Origin: Lepidodermella squamata
Taxonomy: Eukaryota; Animalia; Gastrotricha
DNA length: 64,000 nucleotides
Assembly (NCBI GenBank): GCA_047495785.1
Contig: JBLDXI010000009.1
Location: 992,001 to 1,056,000, forward strand
Direction of reading: 5' to 3'
The notes under the pieces are model-generated. The model had not been told where the DNA came from. It searched no databases and worked only from the letters and a program-made list of their open reading frames with translations. The translations under genes were made by a program, and so were the position numbers. Each line of letters starts with the position of its first letter. Position 1 is the first letter of the stretch. Positions 26,195-40,100 of the stretch are shown here, piece by piece.

Positions 26195-29100
26195 ATGGAG
26201 CGAAAGTACAAAACCATATGTGGTAAGATAAACATACTTTTTTACTGAGTCTCTCTATTCAAGACATAATCATAGAGGGTTTGGATTATGGTGACAACAA
26301 GAAGGCGTTACAAGAATGCGATAAGTTGCTGAAAAAATTCGACTCAAAGAAGCAGGATAAAGTTGACGTCAAATTCATTAAAGTAAGTTTTCAGGCTTGC
26401 TATCACGATGCATAATAAACAAGATGACTATTTTGCTAGGCGTTGAAAAGTCTTGGATTCTGTCGTATGGGCAAACGTTCTGAATCGATTGAAGTTTTAA
26501 ATGGTTTGATCGATGAAAAGCCGACCGATATCGAAGTATTGCAGGTTATGCAGACTGTATGCAAAGAACTTCGCTTATGTAAGTTATAACCGAGCGAAAG
26601 TACGCAAAATAATGATTATCTTCAGACGAGTATCTCTGCACTATTTTTGAAAACGCTGCCAAGTCCAATCCGTCGGAGGAAGTTCTCTCGCATCTTTTCA
26701 TGGCATGTGTCATCAATAATGATTACAAGAGACAGCAACAAATTGCACTGAAGCTACATCAGATGTATCCGGAGAAAAATAATTATTACTACTGGTCCGT
26801 CGTCAGCATAATGATGCAGGTATTTGACAAAATTATAGTTCAAATTGTCGATAATCTCTTTCACCCAACAGGCGGCTTCTGAGCCGAAGCTTGCCAAGAC
26901 TATTTACCTTCCACTTGCTGAAAAGTTCTGCTCGAAGTCAGTAGCAGATGGACGAATGAATGCAGAAACCGAAATCATTCTATATTTGGATGTATTAAAG
27001 AGCCTCGGGAAGTACTCTGAAGCCATAGCGTTTCTACAGGAAAACAAGCTGTCCAAAATGATCGAGGAAAATGAGTATCACCTGACGCGCTTGGCTGAGT
27101 TTTATTATTTGCAGCAGGACTGGATGAATGCCTTTGACTGCTATAAGCGCCTATTACACAAGCATCCTGATCAATGGCTGTTTTGGGAAAGACTTGGCCA
27201 GAGTGCTTTGAATTTGCTGACCGATAAGAATGCTAAAAGAGTCGATGAAATCCAAGAGTTGGCTAACAAACTGCTCAGCTCTAAAAGCGACAAAAACATC
27301 CGAGCGTTGCTTCTAGCGCCGATTCAGGTTATTCTGTTGGCTAAGGAGAGCGGAATTCATGACTTACATTCAAGTGAGAGCTTACTAGCCTGCTATCTTA
27401 TAAATATTCGACTGCTTTTTAGGTAACTGCGATGCTAAAGTGCTGATAAAAGCATATTTGAAGCACTATTGCCACAAACCTTGTGCTATCGATGATCTGC
27501 GTCCCTACTTGACTCTGCTGAAACCGGAGGAAATCCAGGAGATTTATGAAGAAATTACCAATTCTCTTCGTTATTTTAAAAGTATATTTTGTGGCCATGA
27601 CGGTGATGCCGACGAGTCAAAAAATGGATTTCACATTCTTGACGATTTGGATAAGATAGCGACCGCCGAAGCGTTAACTTTCCACAGGGACGTCGTTGCG
27701 AGTGACACGCCTGTTTCTGTTTTCGAGGCTCGAACGAATCGACTCAAGGAAGTGCTGCTCAAGTTTGGAGCAATCAGCGACTCTAATTGCGGTAGCGTGC
27801 TGAATGAGGGTGATTATCGTTCCGGAGACCGCGTTGCTATTCTGGCTGCTAGCAATTTGTTGGAAATGTATCGCCGGTCAAAAAATGAAAACTATCTTTA
27901 TGAAGCTGGAACTTTGCTCATGCCACTTCCGAGCAACAATTATCAGAAACAGCTGTTGCTCTTGCTGATTTTTAATTTTCTGGGCGCCGGGGTTCACGCC
28001 TTCTATATTTACATTAAATTGGACATCAAACATATTCAATTCGAAACTTTGGGATACCTTTGCCTGTCAGCTTTGAGTCAATCTTGTTCCTACCAACACT
28101 ACTCAGCTTTGTTGGACGGCTGTTTACGTCAAAGCGCCGTATCTGGAGTTGAATTCAGTCATGCTATACCGCTAGCATATCACTATGGAACATTCACCAA
28201 GGCAAGTAATGAAAGCTGGAGTCAATTCAGCGATAATTATCATCCTACTTAAACAGATTCCTGAAATGGTCGAGCTGCAGCATCGATTGAAATTTTCAAT
28301 CGAGTATTTCCAGTTCACTGCTGAAAAAATGCTCCTTGATCTAGCGCATCAGTCAACTGAGGTAATTGTTGTCATGGTGAGTTGACAGGAGACGAAAGCT
28401 TTGATGATTTTAGGATATTCCGATTGTTGCGTCTGAGGTTGCAGAAAGCCTTTTGCGGGATAAGATACCTTGGAATGAGCTCGTGCTTAACCGAGATTTT
28501 TCCCCACTGGCTACGTGTTTTTTGCAACTGCCCAGCCAGAACGAAAAGGAGAAAATCTTGGAATGGCAGGTACGTAATTCTTACCCTCTATGTTTGCATC
28601 GCTTACAAAAAGATTAATTTTACAGAAATCTGCTCTTCGGTTGTCTTTGTCGGAAGCGAAGTTGGTGTCGTGCTGTGTTTCTCGACCGAACCTCGAAGAA
28701 ATAACTACACTCGGATCAGAACTCATTAACAATGCCAACGAATTTGCTTCAGAAAGCGAAAAGTTCTCAAAGACCATGTCGAATTTGTGGCCTATTGTTC
28801 CATATTTGTGTTATTGGCCAATGAATGATTTGTCAACGCTGTCCTCGAGATGCGTTCTACTGACCTCCGTGGCAAGATTATCAGCTAGAATTGTATCTGC
28901 TTTTGCTGACTTGGAGAAAGGTAAACTTTACAGAAATTGGTCACAGTTTTGAATTTTTTCCCTTAATAGCTGAACATGATTCATTCGATCGACCTATGGA
29001 GGCTGAGTATGACCTCATTCGCGATGTAAAAGAGCAGCTGAAAGGTAATAATTGATGGTATTCACTTATTATTGTATTTATTTCATGTGTTTTTAGGGTT

Positions 29101-29678
29101 AATTGTTACATCAGATGCCAACGGCGATGCAAGCTTCGAACGCCAAAACTTGTCTTTCCAGCGCTTGTCATCTATAATCAGGGTAAGATTTTGCATTCTC
29201 TGGTGTCATCGGAATTTTTCGCGTTATCTTCAGACGTTATGCGAAATTTCCGCTTGCGTGATCGTGCCAGTTGAGCGCATGCGGCATGTCAAAGCTCATC
29301 TGATAAAGTTGGCCAAGAAAAAGAGAGAAATCAACGTGGTTTGTTAATTTTGGCCAGATGATCCAGTTGATAATTTATTTGGGCAATTTTGTCAATTTTA
29401 GAACTGTAGCTTCTTCGATTCGCACAACGAACTAATCAAGTCTTTCCACGACACTGTGCAAGCCATTGCCAGTTACGTCAAAGAACAGTACGAGAAATTC
29501 AAGGTCATTTACGTGAGTGATCATTAATCAGTGTTAATGATAATGAGAATTTTTCCCTATACAGGAATCAGAAAATGCGGATAAATTTCGAAGCCGAGTT
29601 TTTGAAAGCTATTGTATTCAACTTCAGCAGCTTTCTGAAAGGCTGTCTCGCTTGAGCTCCCTAAAATTGGATGTTTAA
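26195..29678 (+). CDS. NAA25: NatB N-terminal acetyltransferase auxiliary subunit (MDM20); multi-exon
   Basis: LDYGDNKKALQECDKLLKK, EEVLSHLFMA, QQQIALKL, YYYWSVVSIMMQ, LDIKHIQFETLGY and AYHYGTFTK|IPEM. The C-terminal exons are less certain. Confidence 0.9.
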
Positions 29679-29895
29679 TGACCAGTTGCAGCAACGTGAA
29701 ATATATATTCGAATCAAAATTTCCAATAGGAAAATGTTGACGTGAGTGTTGGACTACTTTTTGATGTTTAACAAGGCCAAATCTAGTGAGAGTTTAACTC
29801 TAAAATATTGGCTGCGTAGTGACAAGGCTCTTTGTGATTCTTCTGACTTGAACAGCTGGCGCTAATTTTTTTCGGGCTTGCTTTGGTGTTTTAGA

Positions 29896-31079
29896 ATGGT
29901 TTTAATAATTGGTTACTGCGGCGATTCACTTTCACCCGAAACGCCGGAAGCATCTATTGAAGTCAACAAGATGGGCGGATTTCCTGTAAAATCAGTATTT
30001 TATCAATATTTTTACATTTTTAACTCTGCTGGCGTTGAAGGTTGTCCCTGAAGAATCAGCTAATGTTACGTTTTGTTGTTGCAAATGTGGGTCCCAACTT
30101 GATCTGGCATGTCAGCTATATTGTCCGCTGGATTCTAGTGAATTATGCCGGAATATCTACGTGTTCATCTGCCAATCGCTGAGCTGTTTGAGGTTGAAAT
30201 TTCATAGAATTGTGCGTGATGTAAAATGAAAATTCGCTATATGGACGATTAGCTGGGTGGCTTATCGAACACAGTACCCTGATTTGCCCAAGGTCTCTGC
30301 CAAACCTGGGCCTGTCGTTGTGAAGAAGGAGAACTGGTGCGAAGATGCTGATGAGTGGGGCGATGATTTCTCTGCCGTGGAAACCGTTGTGGAACCTAGT
30401 GAAAATCTACTGGGCGAGATCCCGATCATTAGAAAGGTTCGGTTGGTGAGAAATGCCGAAGAATCCTCCTTCTTGCCTTACTTCATTGACGCGTCTCAAT
30501 GCGTAGAAACTGATAGCAGTGATAGTGGCAGTGACCACATTTCAGGAGATGGTGTCGGGCTTGCTTCTGTTGACGCTAATGAATCTTGGTAAGCTATTTC
30601 TTCGGTTGAAAACTTATCCTCAGAATGCGATTTTTCCAGGCAAGATGAGGAATATGAGAAACCATCTCTCTCTTTTGACTTATGCACCTACAAGTTCTTA
30701 AAAAACGTGGAAGAAGATAGAGACCAGATTTTGAGGTATACGATGCTTTTCCGTCCTTATTGCCTATAAGTTTCCCCCCTATTCAAGGTATGATTTTGGT
30801 GGGAAGCCATTATGTTATAATCCCATAGATGAGCAACAAGATATAACTCCGTGCCGGCAGTGTGGTTCGAAGAGGCAATTCGAATGCCAATTAATGCCCA
30901 ATTTTTTTCGCTGCTTGAAACGTAATCCGAAATTTGGGCATTTGGATATTTTTTCGAAATACCATGTTACGACGGTTATGATATTCTCATGCCCTCTGAG
31001 CTGCGGTGGGAACTTCGAAATAACGCAAGAGGAGTGTATTATCCAAGTAGATAACGACTGCGACGGGTTTTTGAAATAA
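29896..31079 (+). CDS. PDCD2L: Programmed cell death 2-like protein (uS5/RPS2 chaperone family); multi-exon; may start at a micro-exon ATG at 29734
   Basis: NKMGGFP, C..CGSQL.LACQLYCPL....CRNIYVF.C, QILR|YDFGGKPL, C..CGSKRQFECQLMP and TVMIFSCPLSC. ATGTTGAC|GTGAGT at 29734..29747 splices in frame to the acceptor at 29894. Confidence 0.88.
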
Positions 31080-31112
31080 CAATCAGCTTATTTTATGTTT
31101 ACATCCATTTAG

Positions 31113-34100
31113 ATGTTTAAATTAGAATCGTATTTATCTCCATTTTTGTTGAATTGGTTAAACTCGTATGTCAAGCTGAAGAATGAAGATTTCAAGCTTT
31201 CTCTCTGGGAAGGAGACGCAGTGTTTAACAAACTCGATCTCAGATTGGAAGTTATTCAGGATCTGCTACGACTTCCTTTCAGTATTCGCAGTGGTCGAAT
31301 TCAAGAGCTGCGCATTCACGTTCCATGGACGAAATTGGGATCAGAGCCAATATGCTTGACTATCAATACGATTGAGTTCGTTATGTCGCTCCCGAGTGAC
31401 GAGGAAAAGTCATCTGGCACCCAAAAAAATGCCGAAACGTTGTCTACCGAATTTGAGAAATCGGCTGAATTCGTGCCTACGCCACCACAGCCTACTGTTG
31501 CTACTGCTCAGCAGCAAAAGCAGCCTTCTTATCTTGAATCTATGATTTTCAAAATCCTGAACAACATTCAGGTACTTCATTCCATTTTTTGTTTTAATTT
31601 TGTCATTGTGCTTGTTTTTCGCAGATTGTCGTCAACAATTTGATAGTGAAATACGTCGAGGGAGATATGATCGTATCTGTAAACGTAAAATCTGCCGAGT
31701 CTTGGTCTTGTGACTCGGATTGGAATAAATCATTCGTAGACGTTCTGCCACCTAATTTTTCACTGCGAAAAGTTGCTAACTTGAATGACGCTACAATCTG
31801 TTTAGGTTTGTTTCTGAGGACCAATCATCTTACTAATTAATAATTCACTTTATTCAGATAAATGTACCCCCTCTGGCAAGATTGAGTCTTACAATGAGCC
31901 GTTTATGTACAGATGCTCGCTTCAATGTCGCATGGTTTTCGAGTATCCTAATCCATATGCTCGCATTCCATCATCCACAAAGTTGGCATTTTTCTTCGGT
32001 GAACCGGAGTTTTCGCTTGCAGACACACAGTTGCCTCTTTTGTTGCGTTTGATCCGAACGGGACTAATGGTTGTTTACGGTAACAATCCGGATTCCCACC
32101 ATATATCCAATAATCCAGATCGAAGACTCTCGGCAACCGCCATCCAGATACCCGATGAGTAATTTGGCACCCCCACCAAGTTAACTAAATTACTTTTTAA
32201 CCTGTTCGAAATTTTCAGGTCATCGGCGCAGTATCCAGAAAATCAATCTCAAGGCGAAGGAGCGGGATGGGGTAATTGGGCAATGTCTTACCTTCCCGGA
32301 GTTGTCAGCTGGACAACTGGGATTCAAGCTCCTTTAATATTACCAGCTGATGCAGCTGCGCAAAACGAGCCTCCCAAACCCAGCTTCACTTTCGTCGGAA
32401 TATATGCAAAACGTGTGACCTTCTCTTTGAAGCTTTCAAAAAAGCATGTCGATCCTCTGGGAACTTCCAGTCGTATCCAGTTTCATCCATGCTTAACCGT
32501 CGTCGCCATCGATGTCAAAAACGAGTTGATATGGCGCGGAGATTCGTTCTTTTCTTGCTCTGTTATACTCAATACGCTCATAGGCAAAACCGCTGGTTTT
32601 TGTACTTGCCATGTGAGAGATGAAGGGGTAAGTTTATCTTTTTCTCTGGTCACCTACTTCAATTGAGATATTGATTTTGCTGATAGGAGCAAGTGATTGC
32701 ATGTGGTCAGTCTTCACCAGCGAGTCTTCCGATCCTATTTGATGAACTGATCGTCAGCTGCGATGGTGTTCCCAATAATGCGGACGAACATCTGCTGAAA
32801 TATTCAGACGAGCGCGTTGCCGAATTGCAGCCAGCTTTCATGTTGGATTTCATCGCTGACCAGGATAAGACTCGCGAAAAGCCCGAGGCTCCTCTTGATG
32901 AATTGCGTCGATTCCAGCGAGCTATTTTCAGGTGGTTTGTCTATAACCCGACAATATCTTTGACTGGCGGGTTGTTCCACCGAATGTCGAAATTCCTGAG
33001 CCATGCTCAAAAATCTGAATTCGATCTCTTTTCCGTTGTTCGAAGTGGAGACGGTGAAAATGCTTCCAAAAACGCAATACGTAACCCGTTTTCCGACCAG
33101 GATATTGCTAGTCTTGATTTCAATGTATGCGGCCGTTCTGATCGAGTGCTAATTCGCAACTTCACAGTTCTGGTCGCATTGAATAATCATCCATCGGCGA
33201 TGCCTGGAAAACATTCTGGAATATTCTCACCCCGTTTGTCGCAAGTCGGATCGCCTTTGCGCTTATTTGCCGGCAGCATCTTGGTCGCAAAAACCGAACC
33301 TCTTTTCCCTAAAGAAGTCGGTTTCGCTCTCAAAGCATATTCTGGCCCGTTGACTGAAGACCTGATTTCGCCGTGCTGTGCTCAGTACGCGATTGAATGC
33401 ACAAATGTTTCGCTGGACTTGCCATCGGAGACCGGAGCTACCTATGCAATTGCTTGCGGATTGAGCTTTTCTATGACTGCAAAGAACTACTCGGCACTTG
33501 ATCCAGTAATTCTGACTACTGCGGGTCTAGCCAGCGACTTCATCTCTTTCACCCTACCTGAAATTTCGCTGACGTTCAATTACCCATGTTTGCTGTATTT
33601 TTCCCTGCTGCTGTCCTCTTACAACGACGTCAGACCCGCTGTTGGCAGTAGCAATATGGCATTACCTTCACAGCCAGCAACATCGGGTCTCGCGATGCTG
33701 GCGAATGCTTTGTTGGGAATGATATACAGCGGTTCTCAGGAGGCATTTTTGTTCTCTCTCGGCAATGTGCTGGTTCAACGCGCTGATTTCGCCAATGCGC
33801 ACGTCGCATCTAGCACAATTTCGTGTCTCTCAACAGTTGTGTCTTCGATCCGGTTCGACTTAATCCGGAAAAATGGCGTTCTTTTCCCAATTCTGTCATT
33901 TACCCAATCTGATATTCCTTCAGTAGCTGTTTTTGCGCAGTGGGAGGCGTTGAAACCGCGAGTCCATTACGTTCTTGCGTCTTTCAGTCCATTGGTATTC
34001 AATTACTCCAAAGACCTGAACGAAATCCTGCAGTCAATCGATCTGACTCCATATCTCGAGCCAAACAAACAGATGAAAACTGGACCAGGAGGTGATCAAG

Positions 34101-37100
34101 GGCAGCTTTTAGGGGCTCGAACGTCAAATCCGAATAGATTGGAACAGCAAACCTCTGGTCACCAGAGCGCGTTTCGTCTTCTCGCAGATCTGCTGGCTAG
34201 CGAAACAGTGTCCACGAGCAAGCCGATTACAAGTGGAAATGATGATAGTGTCGTTTCGATGGTCAACGCGTTTCGTAACGCCGTGGTCAACATTCATGCT
34301 GGAAGTATTCATGTCAAAATTCTTGAAGATCTGTTGTTGCAACTTCCTCGTACAACCATCTCCACTCCAAGTGGATTTAAGCGTGTATTGACACAGCAAC
34401 TGTTTCAGCTGTCGGAGCCTTTGGAAGTCATTCAAGAAGAAACCATGTTATGGACAATTCGTCTGGAAAACATTGGTTTTATGTTTGGTTCCAAGCAGAT
34501 ATTCAACCCTCCTCTGACCATGTGGGCAACTCTCTCGGCAATTCAGAATGCTGGCGAGGTAACAGAGATCCTCGCCCCTGCATCTGCTCTTACGGCTCGA
34601 CAGCAGTTATCGCTTCATATTAACATGGAAACAGTTTCTCTTCATCTCCATCGTTCGGATTTACGCACTTTGCATTCGTTTCATTCGACTCTGATGCGAA
34701 CAGCCCGAGTCGTGGCTGCCCAACTTGATGTTTTGCCGTCATCTATCAGCCGACTCAATTCTCCTGATGAAAATGAAGAAAAAATGAATGTAGGGCAACC
34801 CCAATTCGGATCCATTCAGTTTTGGATTCAGTTGACTGTGCCGCGCTTTGGCGTCATTTTCTCCCTCGACAATGAGTTTGGCAAGGAGCGTCGTGTTGCC
34901 CTTACCCTGGAAACATCAACCTTGTCTATTGACAGCCATCCACTCTATCAAAAGATGCGCCTCAAAATTCAAACTCTACATGGGGAGGCTGAGCATAAGG
35001 TTGTTGATGAAACTACAGGTGTGATGACATGGGTACGAGAGAGCTCTTATTTCTATGCCACTAACAGCCAGCCCATTGAATTCGGCTCATACGAACTGCC
35101 GGCTTCCTCCGAAGTGACCGACGACGATTTGACCCATAGCGTTGGTGACGAGTTCATAATTAGTGTTACGACCGCAAAGGTGCGCGATGTTTTCGTCCGA
35201 GTTCAAGAGCCTGTCCAAAATAATGTAACTGTCGCCCGGACGACTAGTGGCGAACCATTTTCTCCTTCACTGGCAGGCGGAAGGGCCAGCGCATGTGCGG
35301 GTGACTCGAATAATTTTTCAGCTGGGTTAACGGAAGTATGTATTTCCTTACCCAACATGGATGTCGTTATTTGCCGGGAAGCTGTGGAAGTTGCAGCTAG
35401 TCTCATTATCTCCGAAGCCCCAACGCAAACAAATACCGCTCTCGAAGAAGCTTGTTCTTCGCCGGTGATTTACGTCAACTCAGGGACTATGCGGTGCTTT
35501 CTAAACATTCAGAACCCTCTTAATAACAACTGTCCCTTCGACTTTTTGTTGCTTTGCTGCCGATTGTCTATAACGAGTGACGTAGAATTCAAGTCGAATT
35601 CCCGGAGGCACACCATGACTTTTGACAACAGCGTGAACTTTGCAAATACTACTCGCTCGTCGACCGGCTTCGGTCAAAATAACCAAGGCGTTGCCGAAAG
35701 TCAGATGCAAATTTCTCTCGAGCAACTGAGCGCGTTTGTTGGACATTGGGCGTCATTGTCGCTTTTTAAAACAGCTGCTTTCGGTCGGTTGTCGCCTCAC
35801 GTAATGAATAATCCAGCTCTTCAATGGAATTTGCGCTCACCAGGACACTTGCCGTCGTTTCACCTGGCTGGTCATGATAAACACGCTTTGATTCCGATTT
35901 TGGTGAATCCAATCGACTTGACTATTTCCGTGTCGAATGTTTCTTTCGAGTTGATATTCAAGCAAGGAGTTGAGCTGAAAATGATATTGAATCTTGTTGA
36001 GCCAATCATGGCTTGGTCGAAAACTTTGTCAAACATTGGAAAAGACGGCTCGGCCTCGAAGGATCATGACTCCAAGCCTTTTGAATCAACAATTTTGTGC
36101 CCAAATCTCGTTGTTACGGTTGTTTCTGCAAAATCAGAATCATCAACTTTGACTAATCACATGAAAGCTGTGATATCTCGGCCTCAGCTCTCTCATCGTA
36201 TTGCTGGGCAATCTATTCTGAAGATTTCATGCCATGGAGTGGAGATTTCTGGTGATGAAAATAAGGAGATCATAATTTCAGCTTCGCGAGACCATGCTCT
36301 AATGTTTTCTCCAGTGATGTTGTTCACGTCGAAGGTTTCTGCGTCAACTCTGAACATTTTTGAGCCGGTTAATATCAGCTTGAATTCTGAGTCTATTCGA
36401 TTACTTGTGGACGTGGTTGAGGCCCTCCAAAGCGTGCTAGCCGCTATTCCGAGTGATTACTCAGGTCCATCCGCGGAGCCTGAGACTGGTCAGCAATTCG
36501 ACGTTGAGACCGATCGAGTCGTGTTGACGTATCGCAGTCGTGAAGACTTGATGAGTCAAGTGTCTTGCAACTCCTTTTCGATGGAAAAATTGGCTTCAGC
36601 CAACGGCAGCTCTTCCAAGTTTGTCATGCACGCCGAGAAAATCCTAGCCTTTCAATTCAATGATAAACTTCGTCATGATCATTGCGTGATGGAGCCAACC
36701 GATTTTGACGCTACAGTGAACATCCGAAACATTCGAATTGGGGAGAAAACTCACTCGTATGATCTTAAGCAAGCCACTGTCATGATGACAAGTTCGCCCA
36801 TCTCCATGGTTCTAACGGAGGAAGGGATTCATTTGGTGAATGAATTCACTCAAACGCTGCTTGATAGCATGGCCCGTTTGCAATCGCACAGTCCTCTGCC
36901 TGAATTGGAACAGAATCCTCTGAAACAACCAGAGATGTTCTTTTTATCGCACGATGACTTGCGTAACGAGGCTGTCAAATATTTCTTCATTTCTCAAACC
37001 TTGGTTGTCGCGTGTGAATCAGGCACTATTCCTGTCAACATTCCTGATCCGGGCCAAGTTTTCATAGCCAATGATGGTCTGCTATGGTCGTATCCCGAAC

Positions 37101-40100
37101 CGCGATCTCTCACAAAAATGACGTTATCTCCTTTGCCGTTTACTGTGCAAGGTGATCAAGAAGTGATTTGTGTCCTTCAGCGTTTCGATGACATTTCATC
37201 TCAATTCGTTCCGATTATCAGTTTCCGCGTTCCCTCTGAAAAACCGTTGAATGTGCAAATAGAACAAAACTACGTTCCATCGGTTTTGTATCGCATGATT
37301 TTAAAACAACCTGTGGCTCCTCCAATGCAAGTCGAGGCCAGTGCAGTGCAGCCAGAAGCCGTACCACCGCCGGCTACACTCGCTGCATGTTGCTGCGTCG
37401 ATTCCTGCTTCTCAAGCAAAGTAACCCCGACATTGACCTTCATCGCTTCTTTGTCAAGGATCGAGGTAACATTGGCGCATCGCTTTCCTCCTGTAACTCC
37501 TGCGGCAGCTAAGGTGCTACCATTTCCAGCTGTGCAATCGAGCCGTAGCTTTCCACCGCAGCGAATTGTAATGGCGAAACTATCCGACGTTGCTATTCAA
37601 GCCCGTGAACAGCCAGATAAAGGCACATCTGTCGATTGCCGGCTGTCTGTGTCAGTTTCATGTCTGAATCCTCGAGATATGTCCTACTGTGATATTGTTG
37701 ATGGGGCAGTTCATTTTAATCACATTTATAGCCATGTGGCCCTTGCAACAGACATTGAATTCCATCGCTTAAATATCGTGGTGAACGACGTGTTGTTGCG
37801 AAATCTTTATATCTGCGTCAACCGTCTGCTTTCGAAATGTCTTCCCCAGCATGAAGGGGGACAAGCAGCTGAGATTTCAAAACTGTCGTGTCAAGTCCCC
37901 AACTCGTTTCTGTGCAATTTGACTTCCGGAAGTCTTGTCATCTCAGACTTCGATCCCAATATGCCAGCGCCTGACATCAAAGTCGAGCCACAGCAATGTG
38001 CCCCCTTTCATTCTCATTCTGTCTACTTGTCATGTGATCATTGGCCTGTTGCCTTGAGTTTAGCCGAATGGTTCGAAGCCGTTGATAAAAAAGTCGTTCG
38101 CGTGATGCCAAACGAATCTCATGCTTTGATAATTTCTAAAGAAATCATCACAACTGACGACAAAACGGAAATAACCTATTTGGGGGTATCATCCTCCTTC
38201 GTCGTGGCTAATTGTTTGAACGCTTCTTTTGCCGTCAAGTGTCTCCAAGAATTCACGGTTTCAGCTATGCCTTTGTCAATCACTTCAGCTTCTTCCATTG
38301 TAAAAATCCGGGACGATCAACTTACTTTTGAATTCACAGCTGCTGATGGACTCTGGGCTTCCACCGCTCCTGTTAAATTGCGGCTTAAAACAGGCTCCTT
38401 CGCTTTCGTTGCAATGAAGGGAGCGACAAGTGATAAAAGCAGATCGTCTAATTCAGAAGCATCATCGTCAACTGGAATGTTTACTATGGTTGCTTCCGTC
38501 GTTGTTGAAAAAATCGAGTCATTTTACCACGTGATGCTACTTATTTTGCCACCTTTTCTGTTTGAAAATGACTTTCCTGTGCAAATGAACGCTATTCTCA
38601 CGAATCCTCATCGAGGAAAGGTCATGTGCGCGGTAAGAAACCTGAATATCTCCGCTTTAATGCCTTATTTTTGTTATTTTTCACCATCAGCTCAACTCCC
38701 TCAACACTCCTTATCCATTTTGTGATATTTTTCATGATGAAATGGTGCATTTGGCAATATCGGCAACATCAGAGCTGACCGAAACGAATTCATCCACGCC
38801 GCCTGTTACATTTTCTCTCGATTCGCTTACTGATGTTCGAGACCGTATCCAACCAACTACTGTAGAAAAGGCTATTCAGACGGTATCTAATTGGCTGAAA
38901 TCAGTTTCGAAAAATACTGTCTCTAAATCACCTGCAAACATCAATCTCGTTAACGAAGCCGCCATTCAAATCGTTTCTAGCCGGGTGTTCCCGTTTGCTC
39001 CAAGTTTGAGCGTTAAACTGACCCCCGGCATCCAAATTGTGAACTCAACCCCGATTCCTTTGGTTTTATTGAGTACTGACGGCTCTGCTATTAGCATCGC
39101 CGCGAACTCTACAATTTATGCTGCGCGGCTGATGGCTGGAGTCAAGCTTGGTTATTACGATTCCAACGTTCTCTGGCAATCCAAGCCAATCGACGTCATC
39201 CTTGAAGCTGATAAGGATGATGTGTTTGTTGTTGACGATGAAAACACAGATTACGAGGCCGAGTATCGCGAAAATTTTTCCGCTGATCGAATCACTCTGC
39301 CGGCGAACAAAAGCTGCCGGCTGGGTATAGTGATCCCACCTCAACAAGTGGAGTGTCTGCTAGTTATCTCTTCGAAAATCGTCACTCAACAGTGTTTGGG
39401 CAGTGAAAGCCAAGTTGCCGTTCTCAATTTGAGCTCATTTTTGTCTGTCAAAATGCAATGTGAGATGATCGGCAAAGTATCTTGCCAATATCAAAATGAA
39501 TCACCGTCACACAATTGCCCTCCCTTGGCTACCTACAATGTGAATCATGGCGTTTTGACTGAAATGCCCTTCGTCGCCATTGCCTCAAATGTCGTCGAGT
39601 CTAGCTACAATGACGCCGTTTACTTCTCACTGAGCGGGGCTCCGTCAAGTTTGCGCCTGCCATTCTCAGGCGTTCCAAGTCGATATTTGTCTGCGGTTGA
39701 ATCTGATCATGTATTGGCTTCTATCTCCACCTGGGTGTTTCATCGCGACGATAAGGACTGGCCTAGGGCGAAAAGGCTTGTAATTGGTGTTCAAGACAAC
39801 GCGTTCCATGATGTAACTATTCGCAATATGTGTGATTTTGACGTTCATATACGCGAAGCTCGAATGGAGACCCCGCCATCTCACGATATGTGGTGTTTAC
39901 CTGCGGGCATGTCGCTGGAATTGGCTTTTTCGACACCTGATTCTACGGCGGTTCGGTTTGGCGTCGCTACTCCTGGCACTGCTGATTTAATTTGGTCGCA
40001 AGAAGTAACTTTGCCGTCTGTTTTAAACAGCACATCTACTTCGTTGAACGCGGGCGGCGCCAATATTGTTTCGTTTGGGCAAAAATCTGTCTGCGACTTG

